Shown: positions 1 to 9,083, counted from the first letter of the stretch. The stretch is DNA of 64,000 nucleotides from Spirochaetales bacterium (GCA_050178795.1 JBFXFT010000001.1:57513-121512), one strand, 5' to 3'. Translations and numbers: made by a program. The notes: generated by a model not told the origin, from the sequence alone.

Positions 1-479
1 AAATTGCCCATACTTGCACGAACGACTTTGTCGTTGTAGACATCTACACAGTCTATCATAAATATGTTTTTAAAGTTGCTCGCTGCGGCACTTCTAATGA
101 TTGCGCCAACGTTGCCTGGGTCTTGAATATGCTCTAGAACCAAAAAGTTATTGTTATCTATTACCATTGGCGTCAAGTATTTGGTTTTTACGGTTGCTAA
201 AATGCCCTGAGGGGTATCTGACGGTGAAATTGCCTTTAAAACGCGCTCATCTGTATAAATAATATTGCATTTTATTAAGTGAGCATACTTTGAGTATGTG
301 TCTTTTTTATTTTCATCAATAAAAAGATTAACAAACTCAAGTTTAGAGTTTATTCCCTCATCAATTATTTTGTGCCCCTCTAAAATTGCAAGGTTAAGTA
401 GTTTTCGGTACTTTTTTTGTTTTAAACTGCTCGCCTCTTTAATTATAGGGTTTTCAAGCGATTTTATTACTTGCGCCAT
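1..479 (-). CDS. TrmH/SpoU-family RNA 2'-O-methyltransferase (3' end cut by window edge)
   Basis: Absent from the ORF track because it is open at the window edge. Manual minus-strand translation from ATG at 479..477 gives MAQVIKSLENPIIKEASSLKQKKYRK...FLVLEHIQDPGNVGAIIRSAAASNF.... The EHIQDPGNVGAIIRSA block matches SpoU methylase motif 1. It lies directly downstream of rplT. Confidence 0.75.
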   Translation of the reverse strand, partial: MAQVIKSLENPIIKEASSLKQKKYRKLLNLAILEGHKIIDEGINSKLEFVNLFIDENKKDTYSKYAHLIKCNIIYTDERVLKAISPSDTPQGILATVKTKYLTPMVIDNNNFLVLEHIQDPGNVGAIIRSAAASNFKNIFMIDCVDVYNDKVVRASMGN

Positions 480-530
480 AATTTTCCTTTTTAAAAAAGG
501 CTCTTCCTACTAAGAAAAGCCATTTTTTAG

Positions 531-896
531 TTATTTTGTTTCCTTAGCTAGTGCTTTTTTTGCGGTTTCTGCTAAATTTGCAAAAGCTGCTGCGTCTTTT
601 ACTGCTAGTTCAGCTAGAACCTTGCGGTTAAGCTCAACATTTGCTAGTTTTAATCCATGCATTAAGTTGCTGTAAGAAAGTCCACTCAACCTTGCGGCTG
701 CGTTTATTCTTGTAATCCATAGAGAGCGCATATCTCTCTTTTTTAGTCTTCTGCCGATATAAGCATATTGACCACTCTTCATAACTGCTTGGCGAGCCAC
801 CCTATAAAGTGTACTCTTGGTTGCTCTGTAACCTTTTGCAGCCTTTAAAATTTTTCTACGTTTTTTTAGTGCGTTTACGCTTCTTTTAATTCTCAT
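531..896 (-). CDS. rplT: 50S ribosomal protein L20
   Basis: 121 aa. [25 protein letters not shown]... is the canonical bL20 N-terminus. SD GGAGGG lies upstream. Last gene of infC-rpmI-rplT. Confidence 0.97.
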   Translation of the reverse strand: MRIKRSVNALKKRRKILKAAKGYRATKSTLYRVARQAVMKSGQYAYIGRRLKKRDMRSLWITRINAAARLSGLSYSNLMHGLKLANVELNRKVLAELAVKDAAAFANLAETAKKALAKETK

Positions 897-906
897 TACT
901 ACCCTC

Positions 907-1101
907 CTAACCTTGTATTAGTTGCTTAATCATTTTTTCTTGATTCTTAGCAACACTCACATTCTTTTTTAGTTGATTTTTTCTTTTTCTACTCATTTTG
1001 GTCAAGATGTGAGTAGTATTTTGTTGTCCCCTCTTAACTGAGCCAGAAGGTCTTAGTTTAAAGCGCATTTTAGCTGCTTTATTGGTTTTCATTTTTGGCA
1101 T
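907..1101 (-). CDS. rpmI: 50S ribosomal protein L35
   Basis: 64 aa, [24 protein letters not shown]..., typical bL35. Sits between infC and rplT. Confidence 0.95.
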   Translation of the reverse strand: MPKMKTNKAAKMRFKLRPSGSVKRGQQNTTHILTKMSRKRKNQLKKNVSVAKNQEKMIKQLIQG

Positions 1102-1145
1102 AATTTCCTAATCTCCTTAAATTTTTGTGTTTTTTCTTTTCTTTT

Positions 1146-1658
1146 TTATTTTTTTGGTGTTAAAAACATTAAAACCATAAAGTCATTAACCATAGGTTTG
1201 TTTTCAACTGAACCATATTCGCTAGTTAATTCTGCGAATTTAAGCATAGTTTCAATGGCTTGGTCAGAGAAAGACCTTTCACGACCGCGAAGTTTTATGC
1301 TTACTTTAACTTTGTCCCCATCGGCTAAAAATGAGTTTACTTGTTTTGCCTTAAAGTTCATATCGTGCTCGCCTATTCCAAGGCTAAGACGCATACCTTT
1401 AATTTCAACCATTTTTTCGCGTTGTTTTTTGCGTGCTTCTTGCTCTTTTTTGGCTAGTTCAAACTTGTACTTGCCATAATTCATAAGTTTGCACACAGGT
1501 GGAGTTGCAGTAGGGCTTATTTTTACTAAGTCTAAATTTTGATCATCAGCAATTTTATTTGCTTCCATGGCACTTACTATGCCAAGTTGTTCTCCATTTT
1601 CACCAACAAGTCTTACTTCTTTGTCTCTGATTTGGTCGTTAATTTGTAAATCTTTTAT
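1146..1658 (-). CDS. infC: Translation initiation factor IF-3, probable non-AUG (ATA) start
   Basis: The track ORF (1146..1568) begins at an internal Met. The frame stays open upstream and encodes the conserved IF-3 N-domain (IKDLQINDQIRDKEVRLVGENGEQLGIVSAMEA). SD GGGAGGG is followed 7 nt later by ATA at 1658..1656. IF-3 genes classically use AUU/AUA starts. 513 nt gives 170 aa. Confidence 0.85.
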   Translation of the reverse strand: MKDLQINDQIRDKEVRLVGENGEQLGIVSAMEANKIADDQNLDLVKISPTATPPVCKLMNYGKYKFELAKKEQEARKKQREKMVEIKGMRLSLGIGEHDMNFKAKQVNSFLADGDKVKVSIKLRGRERSFSDQAIETMLKFAELTSEYGSVENKPMVNDFMVLMFLTPKK

Positions 1659-1820
1659 AACGAATCCCTCCCGAATTGTTTATTTACCCATTAAAAAGTG
1701 GGTATTCAAAATACCCACTCAATTACTATAATACAAGGCAAAAGCCTATAAATATTAATATAATTTACCGTGCAAAGTCAGTTCCTTGCAGGTGAGAAGT
1801 GGATACTTCTACTTTCAAAC
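1659..1820 (-). promoter_or_regulatory. infC-rpmI-rplT leader with attenuator hairpin (L20-leader-type candidate)
   Basis: This is the ~160-nt leader between the promoter (1827..1855) and the infC SD. It contains an intrinsic-terminator-like hairpin, GTGGGTAT-TTTGA-ATACCCAC followed by TTTTTAA on the minus strand (1691..1718), only ~30 nt before the SD, so no promoter can fit downstream of it. L20-mediated attenuation at such a leader is established in B. subtilis. Assigning this leader to that class is inference. Confidence 0.5.
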
Positions 1821-1826
1821 ATTGCA

Positions 1827-1855
1827 AATATACCAAAAATAGTACCATTTGTCAA
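1827..1855 (-). promoter_or_regulatory. sigma-A-type promoter of the infC operon
   Basis: Minus strand reads TTGACA, 17 nt, TGgTATATT (perfect -35, extended -10), immediately after the thrS stop. Confidence 0.55.
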
Positions 1856-1865
1856 CACTTTTTTA

Positions 1866-3638
1866 TTATTTTTTGCAAACCTTGTTCTCAATCTCTTCTA
1901 CTATGTTTTTGTAGAATTCTTGCCTATTTACATCGCTAGTTTGCTCGCCTTTACTTGTCCTTACAGCAAGTTTTTTGCTTTCAACCTCTTGTTCGCCAAT
2001 TATTAGCATATAGTTAACTCTATCTATTTGCGCTTCACGTATCTTTTTGCCTATTTTTTCGTTTCTAACGTCTGCATTCGCACGAACATTTAGTGCCTTT
2101 AGTTCCCTTTCAATTTCTAACGCTGTGTCTACTGCTTTTTCAGTTACACTTAACACTCTAACTTGCTCTGGTGCAAACCATAATGGGAAGTGTCCAGCAT
2201 ATTTTTCAATTAATAGTGCCAAAGTTCTTTCATAACAGCCTATTACGCTTTGGTGAATGACGTAAGGGCGTTGTTTTTGTCCGTTTTCGTCTACATAGTT
2301 CATATCAAAACGCTCGGCAAGTGCAAAGTCTATTTGCACTGTAAACATAGTGTCTTCCTTGCCATAAACATTCTTTGCTTGAATGTCTAATTTAGGACCG
2401 TAGAAGGCTGCTTCTCCGTCTGCTTCCGTATATTTTAGACCAAGTTTATCTAAGATGTTTTTTAAGATTATTTGAGTAGTTTCCCAAGCCTCAGGCTTGT
2501 CAATATACTTGCCTTTATTGTTATTTGGGTCCCACTTACTAAATCTAAATGTTACATCGTGTCTTAACCCTACCGCTTCAAGTGCATAGTAAATAAAGTC
2601 AAGAGCGTGCTTAAATTCTTGTTCTATTTGGTCTGGTCTACAAATTATGTGTGCGTCTGCTAGTTCAAATTGCCTTACCCTAATAAGACCGTGCATTTCG
2701 CCACTTGATTCATTTCTAAATAGATTGCTGTTTTCAAGATATCTTAAAGGAAGTTCTTTATAACTATGAATTTCGCTCTTATAAATCATAAATTGGAAAG
2801 GGCAAGTCATAGGGCGAAGTGCAAACACCTCTTTGTCTTTTTCCTCGTCACCTAAAACGAACATTCCTGATTTGTAGTGTTGCCAGTGACCGCTTATTTT
2901 GTATAGGTCGCTCTTTGCCATAAATGGAGTCCTAGTAACCATATAACCGCGTTTTTCGCTTTCATCTTCAACAAAGCGTTTTAAAGTATTAATCATTTTA
3001 GCACCACGAGGCATAAGTAGCGGTAAACCTTGACCTATTACGTCCTCAGTCATAAATAGTCTTAGTTCTCTGCCAAGTTTGTTATGGTCGCGTTTTAGAG
3101 CTTCTTCCCTTTGCTCTACATACTCTAATAAGTCCTTTTTGTTAGGAAAAGCAAGCACGTAAATACGAGTTAACATTTTGTTCTTTTCGCTTCCGCGCCA
3201 ATATGCGCCGTTTGCCTTATCAATTTTGTATGCCCAATTTTGTAGTTTTGAAGTGTTTTCTACATGTGGACCTCTGCATAGGTCAATAAACCCATCGCCA
3301 GTTTTATAAGCGCTTATTTCCTCGCCCTCTGGTAGTTCATTGATAAGTTCAACCTTATAAGGATTGCTTGCAAATAGTTTTAAGGCATCTTTTTTGTTTA
3401 AAACCATACGCTCAAAAGGTTCATTTGCATTTAATATCTTTTGCATTTCCTTTTCTATGGCCTTAAAGTTTTCTTGCTCTATTTTATCATCTATGTCAAA
3501 GTCATAGTAAAAGCCGTTGTCAATGCTTGGTCCTATTGTCAACTTTGCCTCAGGGTAAAGCCTTAGTACTGCCTTAGCAAGTACGTGCGCTAGACTATGT
3601 CTTCCCATATCTAATTTTTCATCTAATTCGATTTTCAT
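1866..3638 (-). CDS. thrS: Threonine--tRNA ligase (lacks N-terminal TGS domain)
   Basis: 590 aa. It starts near the editing-domain motif (GRHSLAHVLAKAV, compare B. subtilis RHSTAHLLAQAI). Class II core motifs are present (FALRPMTCPFQ, RVRQFELADAHI, GPKLD, VIHQSVIGCYERT). SD AGAGGAG. Preceded by a Thr T-box. Confidence 0.95.
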   Translation of the reverse strand: MKIELDEKLDMGRHSLAHVLAKAVLRLYPEAKLTIGPSIDNGFYYDFDIDDKIEQENFKAIEKEMQKILNANEPFERMVLNKKDALKLFASNPYKVELINELPEGEEISAYKTGDGFIDLCRGPHVENTSKLQNWAYKIDKANGAYWRGSEKNKMLTRIYVLAFPNKKDLLEYVEQREEALKRDHNKLGRELRLFMTEDVIGQGLPLLMPRGAKMINTLKRFVEDESEKRGYMVTRTPFMAKSDLYKISGHWQHYKSGMFVLGDEEKDKEVFALRPMTCPFQFMIYKSEIHSYKELPLRYLENSNLFRNESSGEMHGLIRVRQFELADAHIICRPDQIEQEFKHALDFIYYALEAVGLRHDVTFRFSKWDPNNNKGKYIDKPEAWETTQIILKNILDKLGLKYTEADGEAAFYGPKLDIQAKNVYGKEDTMFTVQIDFALAERFDMNYVDENGQKQRPYVIHQSVIGCYERTLALLIEKYAGHFPLWFAPEQVRVLSVTEKAVDTALEIERELKALNVRANADVRNEKIGKKIREAQIDRVNYMLIIGEQEVESKKLAVRTSKGEQTSDVNRQEFYKNIVEEIENKVCKK

Positions 3639-3649
3639 TTTTTCTCCTC

Positions 3650-3917
3650 TTTTTTATAAATTGTGTTTTGTTTAAATAAAAACTCGTCCGTTAACAAAAC
3701 TGTTAAGGACGAGTTAAATTTTTCCCGTGGTTCCACCTTAATTGATTAATAAAAACATACTAATCCACTTAGAGTTTGCAATGTCGTTTGCAAATACGCA
3801 TAGTGTAAAGGTGGTTTCAAGTTTAAGTCTAATAAGTTACTTCCAGCCTTGGTAACTCTCTCTAAATTAGATTGTTTAAACTCTACTTGTCTTTTAATAA
3901 ACCTATGTATTGAGTTG
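3650..3917 (-). promoter_or_regulatory. T-box riboswitch leader, Thr (ACC) specifier, controlling thrS
   Basis: Minus strand carries the AGAGAG box and a specifier-loop context TTGAA-ACC-A (ACC at 3813..3815). The T-box sequence is AATTAAGGTGGAACCACGGGAAA (3721..3743). It is followed by terminator CTCGTCCTTAACAG-TTTT-GTTAACGGACGAG plus TTTTTATTT (3674..3714). Confidence 0.85.
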
Positions 3918-3923
3918 TAATAA

Positions 3924-3951
3924 ATTATACTCAAAAATATTATTAAGTCAA
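3924..3951 (-). promoter_or_regulatory. promoter of thrS T-box leader
   Basis: Minus strand reads TTGACT, 16 nt, TATAAT. Confidence 0.5.
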
Positions 3952-3977
3952 CAAAATTTGTGTCTTTACTTTATTTT

Positions 3978-6719
3978 TTACATAACTTGCGCTGGATCGT
4001 CACCAGATAATGAGGTTAAAACTATTTGGTATCCCTCGTGGTCGGTCAATGTTAAAGTTGAACTTGTCTTTGTTATAGCAAATGCACTATATTGATATCC
4101 ATCCTCATAATCAACTTGGGTTACTATATAGTTGCCAATAACTTCATACGAACCAAAAACCATATCTGTTAAAATATCATCTACGTATGCTTGAGCCACA
4201 AAAGTAAAGTCTGAGCCGAATGTATATACATAATAACTGTTTTGTTCCTCTACATAATATTGTCCAGCAATATAAACATCTACTTCTTTTATTAGTTCTG
4301 CCATAACTGATTCATCATATGGATCAACAAATTTGATTAATGATGGACTTGGCACTATTTGGTATATCTCATATTGTGTCATCTCATTGTATGTGCTAAC
4401 AAATATAACGTAATTGCCAATAACTTGATAAGTGCCATCTACTGTTTGGGTTAATTCACCACTGTCATAAGCATAAGCACTTAAAGTGAAATCTGAACGG
4501 AATACGTATTCGTATATAGAATCATTATAATCATTCATATCTACATAGTAATATGAGCCAGCAAGGTTGTAGTCTACTTCCTTAGTTAATTCAGCCATAG
4601 TGTTTTCTTCACTGTAATCTGTAAATGTTAAAGTAGTTGTGCTCATAGTAACTTTATAGGTTTCGTATTGAGTCATTTCGTCAAAAGTAGTTTCAAATAT
4701 TACATAATTACCTATAACTTTATAAGTACCAGTTACTGTTTGGTCTAGTTCGCCATCGATGTAGTTGTAAGCATTTAAACTGTAATCGCTACCGAACACA
4801 TATTCTCCTAAGCTAACTTCTGATGAATAGTAATCTACCATATAGTAAGAACCCACTATATTTACATCTACTTCCTTAGTTAATTCAGCCATAGTGTTTT
4901 CTTCACTGTAATCTGTAAATGTTAAAGTAGTTGTGCTCATAGTAACTTTATAGGTTTCGTATTGAGTCATTTCGTCAAAAGTAGTTTCAAATATTACATA
5001 ATTACCTATAACTTTATAAGTACCAGTTACTGTTTGGTCTAGTTCGCCATTGATATAGTTGTAAGCATTTAAACTGTAATCGCTACCGAACACATATTCT
5101 CCTAAGCTAACTTCTGATGAATAGTAATCTACCATGTAGTAAGAACCCACTATATTTACATCTACTTCCTTAGTTAATTCAGCCATAGTGTTTTCGCCAC
5201 TATAGTCTGTAAATGTTAAAGTTGTAGTTCCCATAACCATTTTATATGTTTCGTATTGAGTCATTTCGTCAAAAGTAGTTTCAAATATTACATAATTACC
5301 AATTACATCGTAAGTACCAGTTACTGTTTGGTCTAGTTCGCCATTGATATAGTTGTAAGCATTTAAACTGTAATCGCTACCGAACACATATTCTCCTAAG
5401 CTAACTTCTGATGAATAGTAATCTACCATGTAGTAAGAACCCACTATGTTTACATCTACTTCCTTAGTTAATTCAGCCACAACTGTTCCGTCATTTAAAT
5501 CCATAAAGGTTAAAGTTGTTGTACCCATAGAAACTTGATATACCTCATATTGAGAGGTTTCATCAATAGTAGTCTCAAGCACTACGTAGTTGCCAAGCAT
5601 TTTATAAGTGCCAGACATTGTTTGACTTTCTTCACCAGCCACATATTGAATAGCGGTCAATGTATAATCACTGCTAAATATATACTCTGCTATTGAATCA
5701 TCTTCGGAATAAGTATTAAGCATATAATATGAACCAACTATATTTGAGTTTACTGACTCTTTAGTTAACTCAGCTACAACCGAGCCATCGTTTAAGTTTT
5801 TGAAAGTTAGAGTTGTTGTACCCATAACCACTTGATACATTTGATATGAAGTGTACTCATAGTAATCAACTGCAAATAACAAATAGTTGCCAATTACACT
5901 ATAAGTGCCAGACATAGTTTCGCTATCTTCACCTGTTGTATATTGAGTAGCAGTTAATGTGTAATCATTTTTAAAAACAAACTCAATAACAGAATTTTCA
6001 TCTGAAATTTCTTGAGTCATATAGTAACTGCCTACAATATCTACATCTTGCTCTCTAGTTAATGATAGTGTGCCGTCTTCTGTATCTGTAAATACAAGTG
6101 TGTTAGTAGTTGCAGTAAAAGGATATACTTGCAAACTGCCTTCTTCAAGTAAATCACTAAATATTATGTATGAACCAATAGTTTTATATGTTCCAGTTTC
6201 TGAGTTGGTTATACCAGTGGTATCATAACTATTTACCGTTGCACTTAAATTTGCATTAAGGGTAATTTCAAAAAGATATGCGTAACCATCATGTTCCGAA
6301 GTACCACAGTAAGTTCCTGTTATATCGGAACTTGTAGTAATTTTATCAAGTTCATAAAGTCCTACATTGCTAGAAAGCATTAATTCGGTAACAGTAATAC
6401 TGTATGAATAACTTTCTGTTACAGAAGTACTATAGGTAAGCACTAGAGTATTTGTATTCATAGAATAAGTACCACCAAAATTTGTTTGACCATATTCTGA
6501 ACTATACATCTTTTTTACAAATGTATTATTTGCAAAAAAGTCAAAGTATGTAAGGTCTCCAGCGTAAGAATCATAGTAAGTGTATTCACCAACTAGACTT
6601 AGGCTTTCTTCCTCTGGTGTGTCGCCGCCAAAACCGAAGTCAATTTCGCAACCACTAAACCCAACCACGCCAATTAGTAGTAATAAAACTACCGCAAAGT
6701 TTTTTAGTATTTGTTTCAT
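3978..6719 (-). CDS. Large modular surface lipoprotein, nine tandem ~98-aa beta-rich modules, function unknown
   Basis: 913 aa. Signal peptide plus lipobox (MKQILKNFAVVLLLLIGVVGFSG|C). SD GAGGAG. The mature part is nine repeats with the pattern VGSYY..-EYVF.SDY.L.A..Y..GE..QT..GTY.VIGNY..F-..YE.Y.V.M.TTTLTF.D-..AELTKE. Confidence 0.8.
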   Translation of the reverse strand: MKQILKNFAVVLLLLIGVVGFSGCEIDFGFGGDTPEEESLSLVGEYTYYDSYAGDLTYFDFFANNTFVKKMYSSEYGQTNFGGTYSMNTNTLVLTYSTSVTESYSYSITVTELMLSSNVGLYELDKITTSSDITGTYCGTSEHDGYAYLFEITLNANLSATVNSYDTTGITNSETGTYKTIGSYIIFSDLLEEGSLQVYPFTATTNTLVFTDTEDGTLSLTREQDVDIVGSYYMTQEISDENSVIEFVFKNDYTLTATQYTTGEDSETMSGTYSVIGNYLLFAVDYYEYTSYQMYQVVMGTTTLTFKNLNDGSVVAELTKESVNSNIVGSYYMLNTYSEDDSIAEYIFSSDYTLTAIQYVAGEESQTMSGTYKMLGNYVVLETTIDETSQYEVYQVSMGTTTLTFMDLNDGTVVAELTKEVDVNIVGSYYMVDYYSSEVSLGEYVFGSDYSLNAYNYINGELDQTVTGTYDVIGNYVIFETTFDEMTQYETYKMVMGTTTLTFTDYSGENTMAELTKEVDVNIVGSYYMVDYYSSEVSLGEYVFGSDYSLNAYNYINGELDQTVTGTYKVIGNYVIFETTFDEMTQYETYKVTMSTTTLTFTDYSEENTMAELTKEVDVNIVGSYYMVDYYSSEVSLGEYVFGSDYSLNAYNYIDGELDQTVTGTYKVIGNYVIFETTFDEMTQYETYKVTMSTTTLTFTDYSEENTMAELTKEVDYNLAGSYYYVDMNDYNDSIYEYVFRSDFTLSAYAYDSGELTQTVDGTYQVIGNYVIFVSTYNEMTQYEIYQIVPSPSLIKFVDPYDESVMAELIKEVDVYIAGQYYVEEQNSYYVYTFGSDFTFVAQAYVDDILTDMVFGSYEVIGNYIVTQVDYEDGYQYSAFAITKTSSTLTLTDHEGYQIVLTSLSGDDPAQVM
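4574..5455. repeat. Three near-identical in-frame 294-bp tandem repeats inside the lipoprotein gene
   Basis: Units run 4574..4867, 4868..5161 and 5162..5455. The landmark CTACTTCCTTAGTTAATTCAGCC recurs at 4574, 4868, 5162 and 5456, exactly 294 nt apart. Units 1 and 2 differ at only a few bases. More diverged units flank them across ~3978..6630. Confidence 0.95.
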
Positions 6720-6767
6720 AAATTCTCCTCAAAAATTTATTTTTTATATAAAATTTTTTTCAAAATT

Positions 6768-7352
6768 TTAAAGCACTTCAACTATGCCTGAATCGCTAAA
6801 TTCAGCATATAAAATTATATTTTGTATAAGAATAAAAGTATACGTTGATGATGTACTTACAATAGAACCACTACTTCCACCAGAGTGCCAACCTACAAAA
6901 TGGTATCCTGAATTTGCGGTTGCTATAATAGTAACAGAGGAATCCTCGTCAAATGTGCCCGCACCAGTAACTACGCCGCCAACACTTCTATTTAATGTTA
7001 CCGTGTAAGTCAAAACAGTAGTTTGTGTAAATGTAGCAACATATTCTCCGCTTGCTTGTGCTACAAAACTATAGCTACTTTCTGTTGAAACAACAGTGCC
7101 ATTTAAAGACCAACTGGTAAAAAGATACCCACTCTCTGGGGTTGCAGTTAAAGCAACTGTTTCACCAACTTCATAGTCCCCCTCTCCAGTGACAGTACCA
7201 CTGCCAACTGTAGATAGTGTAATTGTTATAACGGTTGGGCTACCATCATTAAATACTGGTTTTGCAACAGTAATACAGCCAGTTAAAGAAGTGGCTGTAA
7301 TTAATATAAGTATTAAGGAAAATAATTTTTTTAAATGTTTTTTCATATTCAT
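6768..7352 (-). CDS. Lipoprotein with two InlB-B-repeat-like (bacterial Ig-like) domains
   Basis: Start is placed at MNMKKHLKKLFSLILILITATSLTG|C (lipobox), not the upstream track start at 7430. There are two copies of the pattern G.GTVTG.G.Y..G..V.L.A.P.SGY.F..W (GSGTVTGEGDYEVGETVALTATPESGYLFTSW and GGVVTGAGTFDEDSSVTIIATANSGYHFVGW). Confidence 0.65.
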   Translation of the reverse strand: MNMKKHLKKLFSLILILITATSLTGCITVAKPVFNDGSPTVITITLSTVGSGTVTGEGDYEVGETVALTATPESGYLFTSWSLNGTVVSTESSYSFVAQASGEYVATFTQTTVLTYTVTLNRSVGGVVTGAGTFDEDSSVTIIATANSGYHFVGWHSGGSSGSIVSTSSTYTFILIQNIILYAEFSDSGIVEVL

Positions 7353-7459
7353 ACTACCTATATGTTTTTTATACTCAAATATTGTAACATAGCGAAAACA
7401 AATATTCAATATTTTTTTAAAATAAATCAAAAATAACTATCTATTTTTCGTATACATAA

Positions 7460-8314
7460 CTATATGGCTTGTTTTTTAGTAAAAAGTTTAGAAAATAATG
7501 TTTTAATATCTCTCCTTATGTCTTTTAGTTGCCAAGGAAGCGATATTAAAAGAGGTAAAACTAAAAAGTAAACAAATACACCCGGAAGTATCCAAAAAAG
7601 TGGCCAGTATTTTTCTTGCCCTGCATAGGCACCAAAAGGAATCGTCTTCATAAAATCAGGAGTGAATATACTAAATAGAATTGCCAAATCGTCGTTTGGT
7701 CCCCAAATTAATGATGGGTTTGTATAACCTATTGCAAGAATATCGCTGCCCCTTAAAGATACGATTCCAAGTTCAGACTGCAACACTTGGTTGCATATTA
7801 TAAACAACATAACGGCTGTCGCATAAAATGGCATCTTCCAAATTCTTTTATAGTCAATGGTATGCACTTTAAGTAAAACCATAAGTAGTGGTGCAATTAT
7901 AATAATCATGTGGCAAACATAAAACCTTATGTTATCTAGCGTCAAAACATTTTCACCCAAAGCCTCGGTTGGAATGACAAGCGCCAAAAATCCACTAATA
8001 ACACCCAAATAGAACATAAAATCTTTTGAATATTTATTTTTGCTCAAATAAAAAAATGGAAAAGTTAAAACACTGACAGCGCAAATATTTATAAAGCCAA
8101 TATCTCTTATTGCCTTTAAAAAATTATCGCTATACGGTGGAAAAGTAACCTTTAAAAAATGTAGTGCCAAATTAAACGCAAGTAGACTAAATAGCACTAT
8201 ATTTTTTGTTTTTGTACTCTTGTTTTTAAGCAAAAAATATAACCCCACAATAATTCCTGCCGTCAAAAATATAAAAAAGAAATACGGCAAATTAAAAAAT
8301 TCAACAACAACCAT
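7460..8314 (-). CDS. Polytopic integral membrane protein, unknown function (possibly YwaF/TIGR02206-like)
   Basis: 284 aa with about 7-8 hydrophobic spans and SD GGAG. The family guess comes only from overall look and size. Confidence 0.6.
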   Translation of the reverse strand: MVVVEFFNLPYFFFIFLTAGIIVGLYFLLKNKSTKTKNIVLFSLLAFNLALHFLKVTFPPYSDNFLKAIRDIGFINICAVSVLTFPFFYLSKNKYSKDFMFYLGVISGFLALVIPTEALGENVLTLDNIRFYVCHMIIIIAPLLMVLLKVHTIDYKRIWKMPFYATAVMLFIICNQVLQSELGIVSLRGSDILAIGYTNPSLIWGPNDDLAILFSIFTPDFMKTIPFGAYAGQEKYWPLFWILPGVFVYFLVLPLLISLPWQLKDIRRDIKTLFSKLFTKKQAI

Positions 8315-8458
8315 AATATGTTCTCCTATTGGTTTTTTATAGTAACTTTTTTATAATAGCACAACAAATTCTTTAAGTCCATACTATGTCAAAAAAAATT
8401 GTTGCAACAAACAATGGTAAAGTGCTATACTCAAAATGATAAAAATAGGAGGTTTAAT

Positions 8459-9067
8459 ATGATTTATTATATTGCAGATACCCATTTTGGGCATAAAAAC
8501 ATTATAAGAATGTGTAATAGACCTTTTGCATCCATTGACGAAATGAATGAGACATTAATTAATAATTGGAACAAAAAAGTAAAACCCACTGACACAGTTT
8601 ACATAATTGGCGATATGTTTCATCACTTAAATCGCGACCCTTCCGAAATTTTGGAAAGGCTAAATGGAGAAAAACATTTAATACTAGGCAATCACGACCC
8701 TAAGTGGCTAAGAAACTATCCTCAAACAGCGAAGTATTTTAAAACCATAAGCAGAATGGAACTTATAAATGTAACTGCTGGCACTGCCACACTATGCCAC
8801 TACCCTATGTTCTCTTTTGAAGGCAAATATTTAATTTATGGTCATATACACGAAAAAAGACAAGAACCCTTGTGGAGTTATACTAAGGATAATGAATTTA
8901 TGTTAAACGCTGGAGTAGATGTAAATAATTTTGAACCAGTGAACTTTTATGAATTACAAAAAAACAACGCAATTTACAAAGCAAAAAATTATGATAAACC
9001 TACCGAATGGAAAAATGAAAGAGGCGAAGCCAAAGAAACCGAAGGTGAAAATAATAAAACCCAGTAA
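8459..9067 (+). CDS. Metallophosphoesterase family protein
   Basis: Start is at ATG 8459 behind SD AGGAGG. Motifs in calcineurin-like order: MIYYIADTHFGH, VYIIGDMFH, ILGNHD, GHIH. Confidence 0.8.
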   Translation: MIYYIADTHFGHKNIIRMCNRPFASIDEMNETLINNWNKKVKPTDTVYIIGDMFHHLNRDPSEILERLNGEKHLILGNHDPKWLRNYPQTAKYFKTISRMELINVTAGTATLCHYPMFSFEGKYLIYGHIHEKRQEPLWSYTKDNEFMLNAGVDVNNFEPVNFYELQKNNAIYKAKNYDKPTEWKNERGEAKETEGENNKTQ

Positions 9068-9083
9068 ACACTGGGTTTTTTGT
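9057..9083 (+). terminator. intrinsic terminator after the metallophosphoesterase gene
   Basis: ACCCAGT-AAAC-ACTGGGT followed by TTTTTTG. Confidence 0.7.

Noticed and set aside
3746-4095. 62-aa minus and 61-aa plus ORFs from the track
   Set aside because: The first overlaps the thrS T-box leader and promoter. The second is antisense to the 3' end of the lipoprotein gene. Neither has an SD.
4280-6060. Could the 294-bp repeats be a CRISPR array or a DGR template/variable repeat pair?
   Set aside because: The repeats are contiguous with no spacers. They are in frame and coding. No cas or reverse-transcriptase gene is in the window. Differences between units are not adenine-specific.
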